This document shows, one piece after another, positions 60,846-64,000 of a stretch of DNA of 64,000 nt. Below the pieces are notes generated by a model, which saw nothing but the letters and a program-made list of their open reading frames with translations, did not search any database and had not been told where the DNA came from. This DNA is from Patescibacteria group bacterium (GTDB lineage: Bacteria; Patescibacteriota; Microgenomatia; 2-02-FULL-39-11): assembly GCA_023379265.1 (NCBI GenBank), contig JAMCUI010000011.1:4030-68029 (forward strand), in the 5' to 3' direction. Each line of letters opens with the position of its first letter. The first letter of the stretch is position 1. The translations under genes and the position numbers were made by a program.

Positions 60846-60858
60846 TATTGCGGTAAAA

Positions 60859-61992
60859 TCAATGTTTACCTTGTCGCAAGAAGGCGGGGATATCCCAGTC
60901 ATCTTCTTCAGGAGGCACGTTATCATCTTGCTGTTGCGGCTGGTTTGAACTGACAGCAACACTTGAAGATGGGATTGACATGTCTTCGCGCATTACCGGA
61001 GATTCCATTTTTGCAGACAGTTCCTTTAATCTTTTCTTTGTTTCGTCAAACCCGGTCGCAATTACTGTAATTTTTACCTGATCAACCATTTGTTCGTCGA
61101 TTGTCGCCCCAAAAATTATATTAGCATCAGGATCCACCGAGGCAGCAATTAATTTAGAGGCTTCATCCACCTCATTCATCGTCAGATCAGATCCACCAGT
61201 AATATTGTAAAGTACACCTTTTGCCCCATCAATTGACAATTCCAGAAGAGGCGATGAGATTGCCATCCTAGCAGCGGCTGAAGCCCTGTTTTCTCCTACC
61301 CCAGTCCCAATTCCCATCAGTGCACTCCCCGCATTACTCATAATAGTCCTCACATCGGCAAAATCTACATTTATTAAGCCAGGCAGAGTGATCAGATCGG
61401 AAATACCCGTAACTCCTTGACCTAGAACAGAATCGACAATCTTGAACGCTTCAACGAGTGTCATTTTTTTATCCACTACATCCAAAATTCTCTGGTTAGG
61501 TATAACAATAAGAGTATCCACTTTCTCCTTGAGATTGAGAATTCCTTCTTCTGCTGCCAGCATCCTTCTTGTTCCTTCAAAAGCAAAAGGTTTTGTGACC
61601 ACAGCTACAGTAAGAGCTCCAATCTCTCTCGCAACTTCTGCAATAATTGGTGTCGCACCGGTTCCGGTACCTCCACCCTCTCCACACGTCAAAAAAACCA
61701 TGTCAGTCTCTAAAAGAAACTCTTTTATCTTTTCCCGGGATTCCTCTGCAGACTGTTTGCCAATTTCGGGGTTTCCACCAGCACCAAGCCCTTTGGTTAT
61801 ATCATCACCAATCTGTATTTTAACTTGAGCAGCACATGTCAATAATGCTTGAGCATCTGTATTAACACCTATAAAATCCACGCCCTGTATAGTGGAAGCA
61901 GCAATCATAGAATTAATTGCGTTACATCCGCCACCACCGATACCGATAACTTTTATTTTGGCAAAACGCGCAATATCAGGTTTGATCAACAT
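60859..61992 (-). CDS. ftsZ: Cell division GTPase FtsZ
   Basis: It has [15 protein letters not shown] and the GGGTGTG tubulin signature in [15 protein letters not shown]. Confidence 0.95.
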   Translation of the reverse strand: MLIKPDIARFAKIKVIGIGGGGCNAINSMIAASTIQGVDFIGVNTDAQALLTCAAQVKIQIGDDITKGLGAGGNPEIGKQSAEESREKIKEFLLETDMVFLTCGEGGGTGTGATPIIAEVAREIGALTVAVVTKPFAFEGTRRMLAAEEGILNLKEKVDTLIVIPNQRILDVVDKKMTLVEAFKIVDSVLGQGVTGISDLITLPGLINVDFADVRTIMSNAGSALMGIGTGVGENRASAAARMAISSPLLELSIDGAKGVLYNITGGSDLTMNEVDEASKLIAASVDPDANIIFGATIDEQMVDQVKITVIATGFDETKKRLKELSAKMESPVMREDMSIPSSSVAVSSNQPQQQDDNVPPEEDDWDIPAFLRQGKH

Positions 61993-62032
61993 GAATTAGA
62001 GTCCTTTCCGGGCAGAAAAATATGGAAACAGA

Positions 62033-63343
62033 TTAGGGTAAAAAAGATTTTACCAGATCGACTACTCTTCCAGCAACGCCTTGTATGGGCACTTTTCCCA
62101 CTATCTTTGTCAGTCTATTCAGATTGAACTTTTCCTTCATCACTACTCCTGTTTTTGAAGCATAAATTACAAGTCCAGAAGCCGTTGCGTAGGTAGGAGT
62201 AATGATTTCGTCCACCAACCCCGTAATGTTGGCCGGTACTCCAACTCTCACCTGCATCGCAAGATTTCTTTTGGCGGTTTCCACTATTCCCAAAGTTTCT
62301 GATCCTCCTCCGGTAATAACAATTCCTGCAGGTGTTAATCCTCCAAAACCGCTCTTTTTTATCTCAAGTCCTATCATGGTAAATACTTCATTCAATCGCG
62401 GTCTTATGATACCTTCTATCAAGGTTTTTCTAGATACCTTGTTTAGTCCTTCAGGTAAATGCAGATTTGATAAATCCATACTGTCATGATCGTCTTTCTC
62501 TTTACCTTTTTTTGTATTATCGGACAGTATTGACTGCGGAAGCGTCATCTCTGGTTCCTTCTTATTTAGTGCTAGTTTAATTTTCTCCGCACTTTCTAAA
62601 GAAATTCTCAAACCTATAGCCAGATCATTTGTTATATTTCTCGCACCTACAGGTAAAACAGATGAATATGAAAGTGAACCATCTACAAACATACAAATAT
62701 CGGTCGTTCCTCCACCTATATCAACCAATACCACTCCTAACTCTTTTTCCGTTTCTGTTAGTACAGCTGTACTAGATGCTAACCCACCAAAGACAAATCC
62801 GTCTACATCAATCCCTACTAACGACGCGCATTTTTCCAGGTTACGAAGAGCGGTTCCTCCAGTAGTAATAATATGAGTGTTCACCTCAAGCCTGACACCG
62901 GTCATCCCCACGGGATCCTTTATTCCCTCTTGTGAATCCACGATAAATTCTCTTGGAAGAACATGAAGGATTTCTCGGGTTGAAGGAAGATTGACCGCTC
63001 TAGCCGCCTCCACAGCTCGATTTATATCTTCTGGTGTAATTTCTTTTTGTGGCTCGGCAACAGCCACTACTCCATGGGAATTTTGAGACATGATATGCGC
63101 ACCACCCACTGATAGAAATGCTGAGGAGATGGAATAACCCGCCATCCTTTCTGAGGCTTCAAGACTTTCAACAATAGCTGCAGTTGACTCTTCTATATCG
63201 ACTATTTGGCCTTTTCTGATTCCTCTGCTTTTTACACTCGCCACTCCCATCACATTTACAGTGCCCTCTTCGCTCACAGAAGCTATAATAGTGGTAATTT
63301 TTGTTGTACCGATGTCTATTCCGGCAACTATTCTTTTACTCAT
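62033..63343 (-). CDS. ftsA: Cell division protein FtsA (actin-like ATPase)
   Basis: It has the IVAGIDIGTTKITTII phosphate-1 motif and DIGGGTTDI phosphate-2. It is 436 aa. Confidence 0.9.
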   Translation of the reverse strand: MSKRIVAGIDIGTTKITTIIASVSEEGTVNVMGVASVKSRGIRKGQIVDIEESTAAIVESLEASERMAGYSISSAFLSVGGAHIMSQNSHGVVAVAEPQKEITPEDINRAVEAARAVNLPSTREILHVLPREFIVDSQEGIKDPVGMTGVRLEVNTHIITTGGTALRNLEKCASLVGIDVDGFVFGGLASSTAVLTETEKELGVVLVDIGGGTTDICMFVDGSLSYSSVLPVGARNITNDLAIGLRISLESAEKIKLALNKKEPEMTLPQSILSDNTKKGKEKDDHDSMDLSNLHLPEGLNKVSRKTLIEGIIRPRLNEVFTMIGLEIKKSGFGGLTPAGIVITGGGSETLGIVETAKRNLAMQVRVGVPANITGLVDEIITPTYATASGLVIYASKTGVVMKEKFNLNRLTKIVGKVPIQGVAGRVVDLVKSFLP

Positions 63344-63422
63344 AAACTTTTTATCTAATAAGCAACAGTGTATTGCTTATTTCGGAGTTTTTCTATCTGA
63401 TAATTGCGCCGGTTAATTTTAT

Positions 63423-64000
63423 CTATTTTGAGTAAATATTGTCTCCATTTGACAACACAACAATCGGCTTATCAAAGCGAAAATCCACTTTACTGACAAA
63501 TTTACCCTCTATTCTAAACCTAGATATTATTACTTGTAAAGAGGCAGCTACCGAAAGAACGTCTGCGGTAAATGGTACCATCACTATGCTGTCATCTTTC
63601 ATATATGCAGTAAAATAATTTTCATTATTATTTATTTCTATTTTCCTGACTGTCAAACCGGCTTTATTCAAATCCACTATCATATCCACTGATTTTTGTA
63701 TTCGCCAATCAGCTTTCTGGTCTTTGTATATGGGAATACCACCAGCTTGAATAGTGGGCAGATCACTGTTAAACGCATCAAGTGTATAGATTCCGCTTGA
63801 GTCCACATCTCCCATTACATTACCACTAACTACATGTACAAGAGGAATCCTCAGCTCTGTTTGAACGATAATAGTATTGACATACCTTTTTTCCAATCTG
63901 ATTTTTTTTATCACCATATTTTTCACCAATAGGTCTTTCTCCAACCTTTCAGTATCCATAAATAGTAGGTTTTGACCAGCGAGTATATCTAAATCCTTAA
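63423..64000 (-). CDS. ftsQ: FtsQ/DivIB-like cell division protein (3' part; open frame continues past the window end)
   Basis: It has POTRA/FtsQ-like beta-rich sequence upstream of ftsA. In-frame codons upstream of the first M (..KDLDILAGQNLLFM..) have no stop before position 64000. Confidence 0.55.
   Translation of the reverse strand, partial: KDLDILAGQNLLFMDTERLEKDLLVKNMVIKKIRLEKRYVNTIIVQTELRIPLVHVVSGNVMGDVDSSGIYTLDAFNSDLPTIQAGGIPIYKDQKADWRIQKSVDMIVDLNKAGLTVRKIEINNNENYFTAYMKDDSIVMVPFTADVLSVAASLQVIISRFRIEGKFVSKVDFRFDKPIVVLSNGDNIYSK

Overview
This is a 64 kb stretch of an AT-rich bacterial chromosome, and most genes run on the minus strand. The gene content looks like a reduced-genome, Gram-positive-like or Patescibacteria-like organism (MurT/GatD lipid-II amidation, ECF transporters, riboswitches, a gatCAB operon), but that is inference only. 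I annotated the following, in window order:
- dnaE (5' part, partial).
- A GGDEF protein.
- A gatC-gatA-asparaginase-gatB operon.
- glnA next to a GAF-ANTAR regulator.
- murT-gatD, clpB, htpX, lemA and polX.
- tRNA-Asp and tRNA-Gly bracketing a LysM plus acyltransferase cassette.
- A translationally coupled Type I restriction-modification operon.
- A HAD hydrolase, yggS and pdxST.
- A radical-SAM gene.
- metK behind a SAM-riboswitch-like leader.
- tgt, a GH18 protein and a secreted HNH nuclease.
- A large secreted two-domain hydrolase.
- A six-gene glycosyltransferase/methyltransferase/O-antigen-ligase-like cluster.
- tRNA-Thr, tRNA-Val and an FMN-riboswitch-controlled ECF riboflavin transporter with riboflavin kinase.
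- lepB, parB, rpmA and rplU.
- rodA/ftsW, ileS, ftsZ, ftsA and ftsQ (partial).
The most unusual locus is the Type I R-M operon (20195-28000). hsdM, a DUF3800-like gene, hsdS, a two-transmembrane-segment protein and hsdR are chained by overlapping stop/start codons. HsdS carries an in-frame YhbQ/Slx1-type GIY-YIG nuclease domain between its central conserved region and its second target-recognition domain.
Other items worth a second look:
- Perfect 17-bp inverted repeats flank the LysM/acyltransferase cassette between the two tRNAs, and a third copy sits at 60829.
- tRNA-Thr is flanked on both sides by tandem duplications that include its own ends.
- An msrA 5' remnant is truncated by the hydrolase gene.
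- A heptanucleotide microsatellite lies inside gatB.
- A protein with IPADS-repeats ends in a winged-helix domain.
The supplied ORF track uses GTG/TTG starts (for example the metK ORF begins at a GTG). Several first-M starts in the track therefore look like N-terminal over-extensions, and I trimmed them where homology to known N-termini was clear.
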